Shown here piece after piece: positions 12,880 through 26,587 of a stretch of 64,000 bases of DNA. A program made the position numbers and the translations under genes. The stretch is from Octopus sinensis. Its lineage: Eukaryota. Position 1 is the stretch's first letter. Each line of letters opens with the position of its first letter. The notes below the pieces were generated by a model, which was not told where the DNA came from, made no database searches, and saw nothing but the letters and a program-made list of their open reading frames with translations. Where the stretch lies: positions 9,610,001 through 9,674,000 of the forward strand of contig NC_043008.1 of the NCBI RefSeq assembly GCF_006345805.1. The letters are read 5' to 3'.

Positions 12880-14293
12880 CAACATCAAAAAATACCTTAG
12901 GAATGAGAACCCAGGTTCGAAATTTCCCCAAGACACCTGATGAAGGCTGGAGGATGTATAAGCCGAAACATTGTATTAACAACAAACAAGATGAAGACGA
13001 ATATCTGTCAAATGTAAATAATGTGAATAATGATAATATATGAAATCAACTTTTAATTTTCCTTTCTTTGTTTTACACATCCACAGTTTATTGTGTGCAT
13101 TCGAAAGAGAAACAAGACTGTCTACCAACAGGTTCTGTCAGTGAAGAAACCAGACAATAAATGTTTGAATTGCTGGAAATGGAACCTGGACCCAGATCAT
13201 GCAATATACCATGCCCTTTATCCTCACTCTTGGACAATATATGATATTCCAGAGCACAACGTCCGACTGACGTGCCGCCAAGTTTCACCAATCTTCCCCC
13301 ATGAATATCAGGTAAGTTATTATTTGCTGTTATTTAACCCCGAGTCAGCCCTAACCAAACAGACTTATGACTATGTCAGTTTCTTTTTCCCGGGCATAGT
13401 GTATCTAGGATTACATAATTGTTTAGTGGGAATGTGTAGCTTATATGATGCATGGCCACTGGGCAAATAGACAGACAAAGGCATGGTCAGTAAGAACAAA
13501 ATACCATTAGTTTAGTAATAGAAGTTCTTAATCTCGGTCCAGTTTATGAATTATCTGGACAATCAGGAGTAAGATACTTACTCTTTTACTTGTTTCGGTC
13601 ATTTGACTGCGGCCATGCTGGAGCACCGCCTTTTAGTCGAGCAAATGGACCCCAGGACTTATTCTTTGTAAGCCCGGTACCTATTCTATCTGTCTCTTTT
13701 GCCGAACCGCTAAGTTACGGGGACATTAACACACCAGCATCAGTTGTCAAGCAATGTTGGGGGACAAACACACACACTTATATACACATATATGAGCACT
13801 CCACAGACACATGTACCCTTGTAGCGGTATGAGTAGCAAAAGATATTGAGGTAGCAGGTGAAATAGGCATGTGGACAACATCAAAGTAAAACAATGGAAA
13901 AGCATCGGATTGTGGTTTAAATAATTTATTTAATTGACACTTGCATTTACGTGTTGTATACACAATGAAAGCCACTACATGACATTAACAAAGTAAAAAT
14001 AAATGAACAGGAGAAATACTGTGTTGATGTGATGAGGGAGAACCTGGCTTGTTTTGTGTCTGCGTGTGTGTTGGTCATTTGGTCATATCTCTTTTACTCT
14101 TTTACTTGTTTCAGTCATTTGACTGTGGCCATGCAGGAGCACCGCCTTTAGTCAAGCAAATCAACCCCGGGACTTATTCTTTGTAAGCCCAGTACTTATT
14201 CTATCGGTCTCTTTTGCCAAACCGCTAGGTTACGGGGACATAAACACACAGCATCGGTTGTAAAACAATGCTAGAAGGACAAATACAGCCACA

Positions 14294-14324
<31 letters not shown>

Positions 14325-17300
14325 CCATATACATATATACGACAGGCTTCTTTTCAGTTTCCGTCTACCAAATCCACTCACAAGGCTCTGGTTGACCTGA
14401 GATTATAGTACAAGACACTAGGCTCAAGGTGCTATGCAGTGGGACTGAACCCGGAACCACGTGGTTGGGAAGCAAACTTCGTACCACACAGCTTCACCTG
14501 CAACTATATTGTTAAAATTGATAACCTTCTAAACAAGAACTTGTTCCAGATATTTAAGTGTTTAATAAATTGTTAATTTGTCTAATGAAGGGTTGAACCA
14601 TTTGTGAGCTTAACATCACGTATTTTGTAGGATACAAGCCTTCCCTGTGCAGTGTTTGTGTGGACAGCTGAGAACCTCGGAGATGAAGATCTGGAAGTTA
14701 GCATTATGTTTACCTTCAAAAATGGTCGTGGTGTCAAAGAAGACAGAGCAGGTGGCTGCTGGAACGAGTATTTCCATGTATCCAATGATTCTCCTTCTGA
14801 ACCAGTGTCTGGAGTACAGATTCACCAATCTTTTCAGGATATGCCATGCGTCTATGGAATTGCTGTCAAACACAAAGTAAAGCAGTTTTTCTCTCTCTTT
14901 TTCTATTGTTTCTTCTTTTCTGTATTCTTCTTCCCTCGTCTTCTTCTTCTTCTTCTTCTTCTTCTTCTTCTCATTCTTCTTCTTCTCATTCTTCTTCTTC
15001 TCATTCTTCTTCTTCTTCTTCTTCTTCTTCTTCTTCTTCTTCTTCTTCTTCTTCTTCTCCTTCTTCTTCTTCTAATTCTTCTTCTTCTTCTTCTTCTTCT
15101 TCTTCTTCTTCGTCTCCTTCCTTCTTCTTCTTCTTTCTTCTTCTTCGTCTCCTTCCTTCTTCAATTTCTTCTTCTTCTTCTTTCCTTTTTTCCCTCTTCT
15201 ATCTTTTTTACTTCTTGATTTATGAACTGGAAAATATGAAGTTTTACAGGAACCCTCACATATGACTGGTAAAGACTTGAAAGATGAGAGAGAGAGAGAG
15301 AGAGAATGAGAAATGAATTAAATATTTTGCTCTTCCTCTTCCCAAAATCATGGAGAAGATGGAAAGCAAAGCCTCATTTCTTTTGCACTTATTTTTCTTA
15401 TTCCTCTATTTCATTACATTTGCTTACTTCTTTCTTCATTTTCTTTCTTCATTCTTCACTTTACCATTTTTCCTTTTTCCAGCCTGATCTCTCAGTCAGT
15501 CACTGTGTGTATTTTGATCCCTGTGGTTCCGGAGAAGACATTTGGCAAGATCTTTATGAAGATGGCTCCCTCACCAAAAGTGGTAAATACAAAGTATATA
15601 CTACTTTCCTTATTTTCACTGGCATCTACCCTTTATCCGATGGTTGGTCATTTAACTTGTGACCCGAGTCCAACTACTATTGTTGTTGCTATTCTATTAA
15701 CGTCTTCATATTTTGTTTATTCTATCAAAAACTTCGACCAATATTTTATGGCATTTTCAAATTCTGCTGGGGTTGACTTTACCTTTCATTCTTCCAGGGC
15801 CAATAAAATAAGTACCAGTAGTGGGGCTCCGAAAGGGGTCCCAGGGAGTAGTGTCCCTGCTTTGAGCTAATCTTCCACCACATTTCTTAAAAATTATGGT
15901 AGAGGCCTTGGTCTTTTGCACCACTCATGTCTAGAAACTGAGGTTGGTGGGTAAGCAAAGGCATGCTCTCTGTAGAAAATTCCAGCTCCATAAAAACCTC
16001 ATGACAATAGCAAAGGAGAATGGACACAGCCAGCCCAAAGGTTGGGGTGGGCTGCACCTGCCTACCTCGGTTACTATGGCATTGAGGTAGATCCAGCCAC
16101 CCACCGTTAACAGGGACAAAACCCAGATTTAAAACACTGGATGATGATGATGCTGATGATGAAGACTGAAGTTGATGTAATTAATTTACCCCCTCCCCTC
16201 AAATTGTTGGCCTGGTGCTAAAATTTGAAATCAGTATTTCATAGCATTACCTATCTGTCATGTTTTTCTGCCAAAGGTTTTTCTGACTCTCTTTCATGTT
16301 TCATTTCAAACACTTCATCATACATTTCTACCAATCTGCCATACATTTATATCAGTCCATTAAATAGTCCTATCAGCCCATCATACAGTGCTGTCGGTCT
16401 ATCAGGCATTTGTATTTGTCCCTCAGACCGTAACCTCGTGGCCTATGCCAGGGGTGTAACCAGTCCACTTATGCGTGCCTTTCCTTCATTGGACATGTGG
16501 TATTATCTAATACCACAAAACAAAGAGCTTAACCCTTCAACATTCAGATTTCGTGTTAGGAAGGGCATCCAACCATAGAGACCACACTGGAGCCTGGTGC
16601 AGCTCTCCAGCTTGCCAACTCTGGTCAAACTGTCCAACACATGCCAGCATGGACAACAGACATTAAATGATGATGATGATGATGATTGCTTTATCAAATG
16701 TGATTCTTATTTACTCACATTATTTTAAATTAATCATGCATTGTCTTGCAGCTTTGAGATTTTTATGATGTGATTGTTTATTTTTCAGAACTGCATTGTA
16801 AAGTAGGTTTCAGAGACTAGACCTGCCCTGTTTGATCGTAAAGCAGGTTGAATATCTGGGCCTGATATGGTCAGTTTAAATGCTAAAGGGTTAACATTCT
16901 TCTTTCAAATATCAGGAAACATACTTTCCAAATGTTTGGGTTTCGTTTTTTACCAGCTTTTTTTTTATTATATTTGTTTTCTGTTGCATCAGTTATTCCA
17001 CCTGTTGGTATTTTTATTGCCTTGTAGAAGCCGACTTTGAAAGTAAAACTGAACCAACGAAGAAAAACAGTGAATGTGCAGTAGGTGTATGTTGCAAGTG
17101 TGCAGTTACAGCTGGTGGCCCTTCTAAGCAAATGGAATTCTCCCTTAGCTGGGACATGCCAAATATTCATTTCAAATCAAAAGGACAGAATTATCGAAGG
17201 TAAAAATATACGTTGATTTTCTGAAAATATGCAAAACCTATCTTTGGTTTTGTAAAGTATATTTGAATAGAATATCAAAGCCTAAACTAGAAGTGAATGT

Positions 17301-20300
17301 GATGTAGAGTGATTTATATACAGCTGAATACACGTCATTGATTGGTTGAAATTACTGAAATACGAGAACTTTAACGTGAAATAACTTCATAAATATAAGT
17401 TTTTCTCAAAAATGCTAAGAGTAAAAGATATTTTATATGGCACATTCTACCAGTGTCCGAAGTCTGAAAGTGTTCAGTTACAAAAAATTATTTTTAAAAT
17501 CTGTCGGTCAAAAGCTAAAGATCCAGCTGGAGAGCTGCACAAGGCTCCAGTTGTCTGTTTTGGCATGATCGCCATGGCTGGATGCCCTTCGTAATGCTAA
17601 CCACTTTACAAAGTGGACTGTGTACTTTTTATGTGTATTTTTTAGAGTACTTTTGAGTACTCTATGCATGGCACCAGCACCAATACTTTTTTTTACACGG
17701 CACCGGTAGAGGCACTTTATATGACACCAGAATCAGTGCTTTATACGTGGCACCAGATGGGTGCTTTTTACATGATATCAACACCAGTACCCTTTATATG
17801 TGGTACATATAAAAACACCAGTGCTTTTTATATGTGGTACATATATGCTTTTTATATATCGTACAGGCGCAAGTGCTTTTTACATGGCACCAGCACCAGT
17901 GCTTTTATATGTGGCACCAGCACAGGTGGTTTTCAACATGGCGACAAATGTGGTTTATATTAATGGTTTGACTATTAATTAGCTCCTGATTTACATTCTA
18001 TAAAGTAGAATCCTACACAGAAGGTCTTTATATGTTTGAAAAGTCAATTTACTTTGACTGCTACTAGTTTGCTATTTATTTTCTTTTCAAGACGCTACAC
18101 ACGCTGGTTTGGCCACACAACGCAAGCGGCACCGCAACTCTGTAGTTATGCCCTGAATAACTACAAAACCTGGGAACAGAAGATTGAAGCTTGGCAAAAC
18201 ACTGTCTTACAGAACAAGTAAGTATACTCTAGTCTAGGCACAAGGCCCGAAAATTTTGGGGAGGGGGTCAGTCGATTAGATCAACCCCAGTTTGCAACTG
18301 GTACCTAATTTATCATCCCCGAAAGGATGAAAGGCAAAGTCGACCTCAGTGGAATTTGAACTCAGAACATAAAGAGAGACGAAATACCTGTTTATTTACT
18401 ACACACAAGGGGCTAAACACAGAGGGGACAAACAAGGACAGACAAACGGATTAAGTCGATTACATCAACCCCAGTGCGTAACTGGTACTTATTTAATCGA
18501 CCCCAAAAGAATGAAAGGCAAAGTCGACCTCGGCGGAATTTGAACTCAGAACGCAGCGGTGGACGAAATACCGCTAAGCATTTCGCCCGGTGTGCTAACG
18601 TTTCTGCCAGCTTGCAGTATGATGGACTATTTTGTTGAAAGCAACATATTAGAGCACCCAGTTGATCAATCAATTGATTTATCTCCTCATTGAACTGGAG
18701 TGTAGGTGGCTGAGTATTCCTCAGTCATGTGAATCTTTAACATAACATAATTCTCAGTCAGAATCAGTATAACACACAATGAGTGACAGGGTCGGACCTT
18801 TGTATTATGGGTACAATTGACCAAATAAGGTTCTATGTCATTTCTTTCTACCCATCTTTTGTCACAAGATGTGGGTCTTGTACAACACACTAACCCTGTA
18901 CTCTGAAAAGACTCTAAACCAATATGTCATGAAGTGGTATTGAAGCAAGGATCTTGTGAGTGCAAAGTAAACTTCATAACCGCTTGGTCCTACTTCAGTC
19001 TATGTAGTTGGGTGGTTCATTCATATAGATAGATATGCACATGTGTACACACACGCCCACACCAGTACATACATATATATATATATATATATATTATTTA
19101 TATTATATATATACATAGGTGCAGGAGTGGCTGTGTGGTAAGTAGCTTGGGTTCATTCCCACTTGGGCAAGAGTCTTCTACCAAAGCCTTGTAAGTGGAT
19201 TTGGTAGACGGAAACTGAAAGAAGCCCATTGCATATATGTATGTGTGTGTATATGTTTGTGTGTCTGTGTTTGTCCCCCCCCCTCCAACATCCGATGGTG
19301 GTGTGTTTATATCCCTGTAACTTAGCAGTTTGGCAAAAGAGACCACTAGAATAAGTACTAGGCTTACAAAGAATAAGTCCTGGGGTCGATTTGCTCGACT
19401 AAAAGGCGGTGCTCCAGCATGGTCGCAGTCAAATGACTGAAACAAGTAAAAGATAATATGCACACACCTAAAGCTCATTTCTGATATTAGAATCCTCTCT
19501 GAACTATTAGCTGTGCCTAATCTAAAGTTTCATCAACAATCTCCTCCTCCCTGGTTTTTTTTTCCATTTTTTTTTTTGGTGTTAACAAAATTATTGTAAA
19601 TCTTTTCGTTCTTGTCTTAGCGATCTTCCTGCTTGGTACAAATCAGCTTTATTTAATGAATTGTATTATGTGAGTGATGGTGGCACTGTATGGCTGGATC
19701 CTGTTCCAAACCCTGATCTCTCTTCCGAAACCAAAGAAGAAATACCTGCTGTGATAAAAGAATTTGGCAAGTTTGCTTATCTCGAAGGTAACAAAACTAA
19801 TTCAGTCTTTGAATATTCTGTTATAAACATTTCATTTCCATTATTTCTGAGATCAAGTTGAATGTCCAGTTGGAAGAAACAGGTGATTGGGGGACCAGGT
19901 AGATTGGTGCTTAGTTTCATTTTTCTTTGAAATGGTCACATGTGAATGGTTGACTCTTATAGTACTAGCTGACCATGTACCATCAATAGGAGGAGGAAGA
20001 GACCCCCTTCAGTCATGACTGACCAGGGATTGCACCTAGAAAGTTACCCTCTTAGCCACAAGTCCGGGCAAGATTGTTTGTGGAAGGCTAACAGTCGCCC
20101 ATGCATACCGGCCTCCCCTCTCCACACCAATGATGTTATCCAAGGGAAAGGCAAAGCGGCCGATACAGCTTGGCACCAGTGACGTCGCAACTCATTTCTA
20201 CAGCCTGAGTGAACTGGAGCAACGTGAAATAAAGTGCCTTGCTCAAGAACACAACACACAGTCCAGTCTGGGAATCAAACTCACAACTTCATACTCTAAC

Positions 20301-20757
20301 CACTGAGCCATGCGCCTTCACATACCATCAATAATGACTGCTAAATGTAGTATTTTATATATAAATATGATACATAATAATCACACATACAAACATTCAC
20401 ATACTTCCTTTGTACACGCACACACATATGCACATATACTCACACAAAGTTGAAAACTGATATTTTTTCACCCCTTCCTTCCTTATTCATCTATCACCTC
20501 TTCCTTTCTCTCATTGCTATTACTTTCTCTCATTCCCTCTCCATCAGGGCTATTACTCTCACTACTTCTCCTTCATTGAATTACTATTTTCTTTCCTCCT
20601 CCGCATCCTGTGTGATCCTGGACAAATATATATATATCATCATCATCATCATTTAGCGTCCGCTTTCCATGCTAGCATGGTATATATATAGATATATAAT
20701 TCCAAGCTAACAGGGGAAAAAAATTTCCATTTAGCACACTAAATCAAAATTCATGAT

Positions 20758-20802
<45 letters not shown>

Positions 20803-21124
20803 TATGGTCCAACCCATGCTAGCATGGAAAACGGACGTTAAACAATGATGAACAATGATGTATGTATGTATATATATATATAGAATTTAGAGACAAACCA
20901 CTATTTAGTTATTACAACAATAGTGAAAAGGCATTATCTATAATAACCACATAGAAATTAATTAAATATCTTATAATTATTATTCTTATAATCTCATAAC
21001 AAATCGAGATTTTTAGAGTAATAATTATAAGATTTTTAATTAATTTCTATGTGGTTATTATAGATAATACCTTTTCACTATTGTTGGAATAACTAAATAG
21101 TGGTTTGTCTCTAAATTATATATA

Positions 21125-21157
<33 letters not shown>

Positions 21158-24100
21158 AACACAAATAAATAAAAACACTATGCTCATTATTATTATTTTG
21201 GGAGATTTCCAAATAAATTCAGGTAGATCCGACTGATTGTACATAGTTCTCTCAGAAATTAAATGAACCAAATATTTTGGGAGAAAGTGCTGAAGAAGTA
21301 GATCAAACAAGAGTTGAAGAACATTGGTTCTCACTGGCAAGATAAGATGGGATTAAGTTAGAAACACAAAATGCTGTTGTTGACTGACCAACGAATGGAG
21401 AGGATAAACCAGACTGAAATGGCTACGCAGATTAAGATAAGCTTTGAAATTGACAGAATGGGCTAAATGCCATTTCTCTGTTTAGCTTTGGCTACTTAGT
21501 CTAGAGTAGCAGCTGTATTCACTTCATGCTTGAGTGATTAGCAATAGGGGAAGAATTTTAAAAATTACAAAGGAAACACAAGCTCAGACTATTTCTTCCA
21601 CAGTAATTCTTATGTAATTACAATTGCATGTTATCAAGACAGAAACCGTACAAGATGAAGGTGGCGAGCTGGCAGAAATGTTAGCACGCCAGGCAAAATG
21701 CTTAGCAGTATTTCGTCTGCCGCTACGTTCTGAGTTCAAATTCCGCCAAGGTCGACTTTGCCTTTCATCCTTTAGGGGTCGATAAATTAAGTACCATTTA
21801 CACACTGGGGTCGATGCAATCGACTTAATCCATTTGTCTGTCCTTGTTTGCCCCCTCTATGTTTAGCTCGTTGTGAGCAGTAAAGAAATATGAAATAAGA
21901 AACCATACAAGATGAAAAGATATTAAATAATGTAAAACCAAAAAATTGAATATAATTCACAAATATGTAAATACTCAAAAGTGCAAACAGAAAATACAAC
22001 CCATTCTCTGTAAAAGAATTATTCAATAAAGTGTTTGGACTCATAATATGAAAAAAAACTTTTTATTTTGTCTTTTTTTGTGTTTTTCTTTAAAGGCCAT
22101 GAATATCGAATGTACAATACTTATGATGTCCATTTTTATGCTTCATTTGCTCTGCTGACCTTGTGGCCCAAACTACAGCTGTGTCTTCAATATGATTTTG
22201 GTAAGGTACCCCAGTTAATTGTTAATTCAATATCAATAATGATTTCTCAGAACCCAGAGAAAAAAGTCAGAGTGGATGCAAACTCTGTTTGACTTTTTCT
22301 TCTCTTTTTCTCTGCCCCCTGACAAAGGATTCAATCTGAAACATTCGATGTATAATGTATACACACATAACTGATGTATACACACTAAGCTATAAATCAA
22401 TTCCATTGGTTCTTTATACCCACCGAACATTATGGCTTTTGGAGATAAACATATAATTCAAAAACCGTACTGCATCTTCGTGCAGCACCAAGTTTTGTCA
22501 GTGAACAGGTTGCGGTCTCAAAGCAACGAAAATTTTTTGACAAATTAAATTTAAATGTTGAAGTGAATCTAACGGTTTTTCTGTGTTTCTTAAATGGCTT
22601 ACAAACACCTTCCACGCTGCAATTGTTTTCGTTCCAGCACATGATCTCAGATCAGGTCACTTGCTATGCAAGTACATCTCCATATAATTCAGTTTTTTTT
22701 TATTTTCTTACTTTCAGCGAAAGCTATTGATCAAGAAGACCCTACTATAGTTGAATATCTGATGTGTGGCACCAAAGGACCAAATAAATCACCAAAATCT
22801 ATTCCTCATGATTTAGGAGATCCAGGTATGGGAAAGAGATTTGTTTTACCTCATTTTTTGTTTATTTGTTGTTTTACTTTACATTTACAGCTTGGTTTTA
22901 GTCAAGGATAACTTGTGACCCCCAGGGAAATTTATCATAGATTATGTAACTAGCATTCCGTCGGTTACAACAACGAGTGTTCCAGTTGAATCAATCAGCA
23001 GAACAGCCTGCTCGTGAAATTAATGTACAAGTGGCTGAGCACTCCACAGACACTGGTACCCTTGTAGCGGTATGAGTAGCAAAAGATATTGAGGTAGCAG
23101 GTGAAATAGGTATGTGGACGACATCAAAGTAAAACAATGGAAAAGCATTGGATTGTGGTTTAAATAATTTATTTAATTCACACTTGCATTTATGTGTTGT
23201 ATACACAATGAAGGCCACTACATGACATTAACAAAGTAAAAATAAATGCACAGGAGAAATACTTTGTTGATGAGATGAGGGAGAACCAGGCTTGTTTTGT
23301 GTCTGTGTGTGTGTTGGTCATTTGGTCGTGTCTCTTTTACTCTTTTACATGTTTCAGTCATTTGACTGTGGCCATGCTGCAGCAACACCTTTAGTCGAGC
23401 AAATCAACCCCAGGACTTATTCTTTGTAAGCCTAGTACTTACTCTATCAGTCTCTTTTGCCAAACTGCTAAGTTAGGGGGACGTAAACACACCAGCATCA
23501 GTTGTCAAACAGACACACAAACATACACGCACACACAAACACACACACACATATACATTCCAACCCATGCTAGCATGGAAAACAGACGTTAAACGATGAT
23601 GATGATGTTGATGATGATGCCACATATATACATGACGGGCTTCTTTCAGTTTCCGTCTACCAAATCCACACACAAGGCTTTGGTCGGCCCGAGGCTATAA
23701 TAGAAGACACTTGCCCAAGTTGCCATGCAGTGGGACTGAACCCAGAACCATGTGGTTGGTAAGCAAGCTACTTACCACACAGCCACTTCTACGCCTAGGT
23801 GTCTGTTTATGTTCTGCCATTGCTATTGTGTTGGGTTGTTCATACTGAATATGTAGCTCTCTGTTGTCTGATGTCTCTTGACCATTTGCCTCTTGATGGC
23901 TATCTGGTTATCTGTCATGTGTCTGACTGTATTTATAATGGTCATCCCAGCTAGAAAGACAGAAATACCACAGGAGTAATTTGGCCTCCTGTCCACTTGA
24001 ACCTTAAATGACACAGCTCAGGTCAGATGTTGAAGAGAAATCCATCCATCATTTTGTGACAGAACAAAGAAATTTCTCTCGCACCTGTTTGGCCAGTGGT

Positions 24101-26536
24101 GGATCAGACGAGCAAGAATCCTTAGATTCAGTTTCGAATCTCAGCTTGGAAAAAGGAAGTGTTAGTTTTTACACCTTTAATGTAGTTCTCAGGAAGATTC
24201 AGTGTGACACAGAACGTGACAAGATTGGCCCATTTGAATTTCACGTACAATTCATTTTTGCCAGCTATGTCCATATAATATACTCAGTTATCCATTATAT
24301 ATCTAATTAGATAACTATTCACATAATTAGACTTTTGATAGTCTACAATTACTGCCTTGTGAGGCTTTTGAAGTTATGGAGGATTGGCTACAGTCTCTTA
24401 GGGACTCTGTAAAAACATTCTAATCACCCTGGTCTGTTTTTTTCTTTTTTTTTGTTTGAGTCATTTGACTGTGGCCATGCTGGAGCACCACCTGTAGTTG
24501 AACAAATCGACCCCAGGACTTATTCTTTGTAAGCCTAGTACTTATTCTATTAGTCTCTCTTGCCGAACCGCTAAGTTACATGCCTAAGATTTTTCCTAAT
24601 ATACTAAGCATAAATACTATAGTATCTGCAGTAAATTTATGGTGAAATTCTCATTCTCAACATCTAACGTAGATGATAACATTGGCTGTACCTGTATCTC
24701 TAAAATTAAGAAGTACGTCTATTCAACCCCAATTACAGGCAAAACTCAAACACACGTAAATGGTAAAGGAACAGAAACTTAAAGATAGCGACAAATATAA
24801 AGATCTGAAAGAAATACCACAAAGCACAGGAAACAACATTTAACCCTTTCGTTACTGTATTTATTTTGAGATGCTCTGTGTTTCTTTCAATTTCTTTAAA
24901 TATAACAAAGAATTTAGTAAAATAATTTAGTTATCATTAACTCTCTTTTACTCTTTTACTTGTTTCAGTCATTTGACTGCGGCCATGCTGGAGCACCGCC
25001 TTTAATCGAGCAACTCGACCCCGGGACTTATTCTTTTGTAAGCCCAGTACTTATTCTATCGGTCTCTTTTGCCGAACCGCTAAGTAACGGGGACATAAAC
25101 ACACCAGCATCGGTTGTCAAGCAATGCTAGGGGGACAAACACACACATGCATATATATACATATATACGACGGGCTTCTTTCAGTTTCCGTCTACCAAAT
25201 CCACTCACAAGGCTTTGGTCGGTCCAAGGCTATAGTAGAAGACACTTGCCCAATGTGCCACGCTGTGGGACTGAACCCGGAACCATGTGGTTGGTAAACA
25301 AGCTACTTACTACACAGCCACTCCTGCGCCTAGTTAAGCTAGTTTTAGGAACATAAGTTGTGACTAAGGTTTGGTGGAAGATTTTAATTCAGAACTTTTG
25401 AAAACAAGACATTTGTACTCAGAGCCAAAGGTTGTTTCAGCCAGGTTGGTATCGAAAGGGTTAAATTGATAAAGTGTATGAGAAAGGAAGAGAGATAAAG
25501 ATCACTGTTAATTTGATTTAGCACACATTTTCTCAATCCATCAAAATCAAACCAAATCAAATCAGATATCAGAAAGCAGAACCAAAATCGAAGCCGATCA
25601 ACATCAATGGAAATTGCAGCTGTGATACCAGTGCCGGTGACAAGTAAGCGAACCATCCGATCATGGCCGTTGCCAGCGCCGCCCCGACTGGCCTCCGTGC
25701 CGGTGGCACGTAAAAAGCACCATCCATTCGTGGCCGTTGCCAGCCTCGCCTAGCCCCCGTGCCGGTGGCACGTAAAATGCACCATCTGTCCATGGCCGTC
25801 TGCCAGCTCCGTCTGGCACCTGTGCGGGTGGCACGTAAAAAGCACCCACTACACTCACGGAGTGGTTGGCGTTAGGAAGGGCATCCAGCTGTAGAAACAC
25901 TGCCAGATCAAACTGGGCCTGGTGCAGCCTTCTGGCTTCACAGACCCCAGTTGAACCGTCCAACCCATGCTAGCATGGAAAGCGGACGCTAAATGATGAT
26001 GATGAGGATGATGATTATGACAACTTCTGAATCTGCTGCCACACTTCTTCTCCACTTCTGTTATTCTCAGTTTGTAGTAACGATTCTTGTTTGTCTTATT
26101 TTGTAGAAGACGAACCTTGGGTTCGGGTGAATACCTATAACTTGCACCCAACGCATGACTGGAAAGATCTCAACCTGAAGTTTATCCTACAAGTGTTTCG
26201 GGATTATTATGCCCTGAAAGATTTACAGTATTTGAAGGACATGTACCCAAAAGTAAAGGTACATCAACCTTCCTTTCATTACCATATTTTTGTTGAAATA
26301 TGCTGCTTTTGTTCCAATTAATTTTGAAGATAATGAAAAATTTATTAAAATTATTTTGTCAATTTTAGGCTGGAGTTTGGAACATAAATTAACATGGAAT
26401 TTTGATGGAGAGCTCTAACCCTTTAGCATTTAATCCAGCCATATCCAGCCTAAATATTAAACCTGTTTTACCTTCAAACTGACCAGATCCAACCTCTCAC
26501 ACCTACTCTAAAATGTCATTCTAAAAATATTCAAAC

Positions 26537-26587
<51 letters not shown>

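Noticed and set aside
23800-24310. Protein-like short frames (100-aa + ORF; [11 protein letters not shown].. on -)
   Set aside because: No usable splice pair in GBA2 phase, an internal stop, and no recognisable motif
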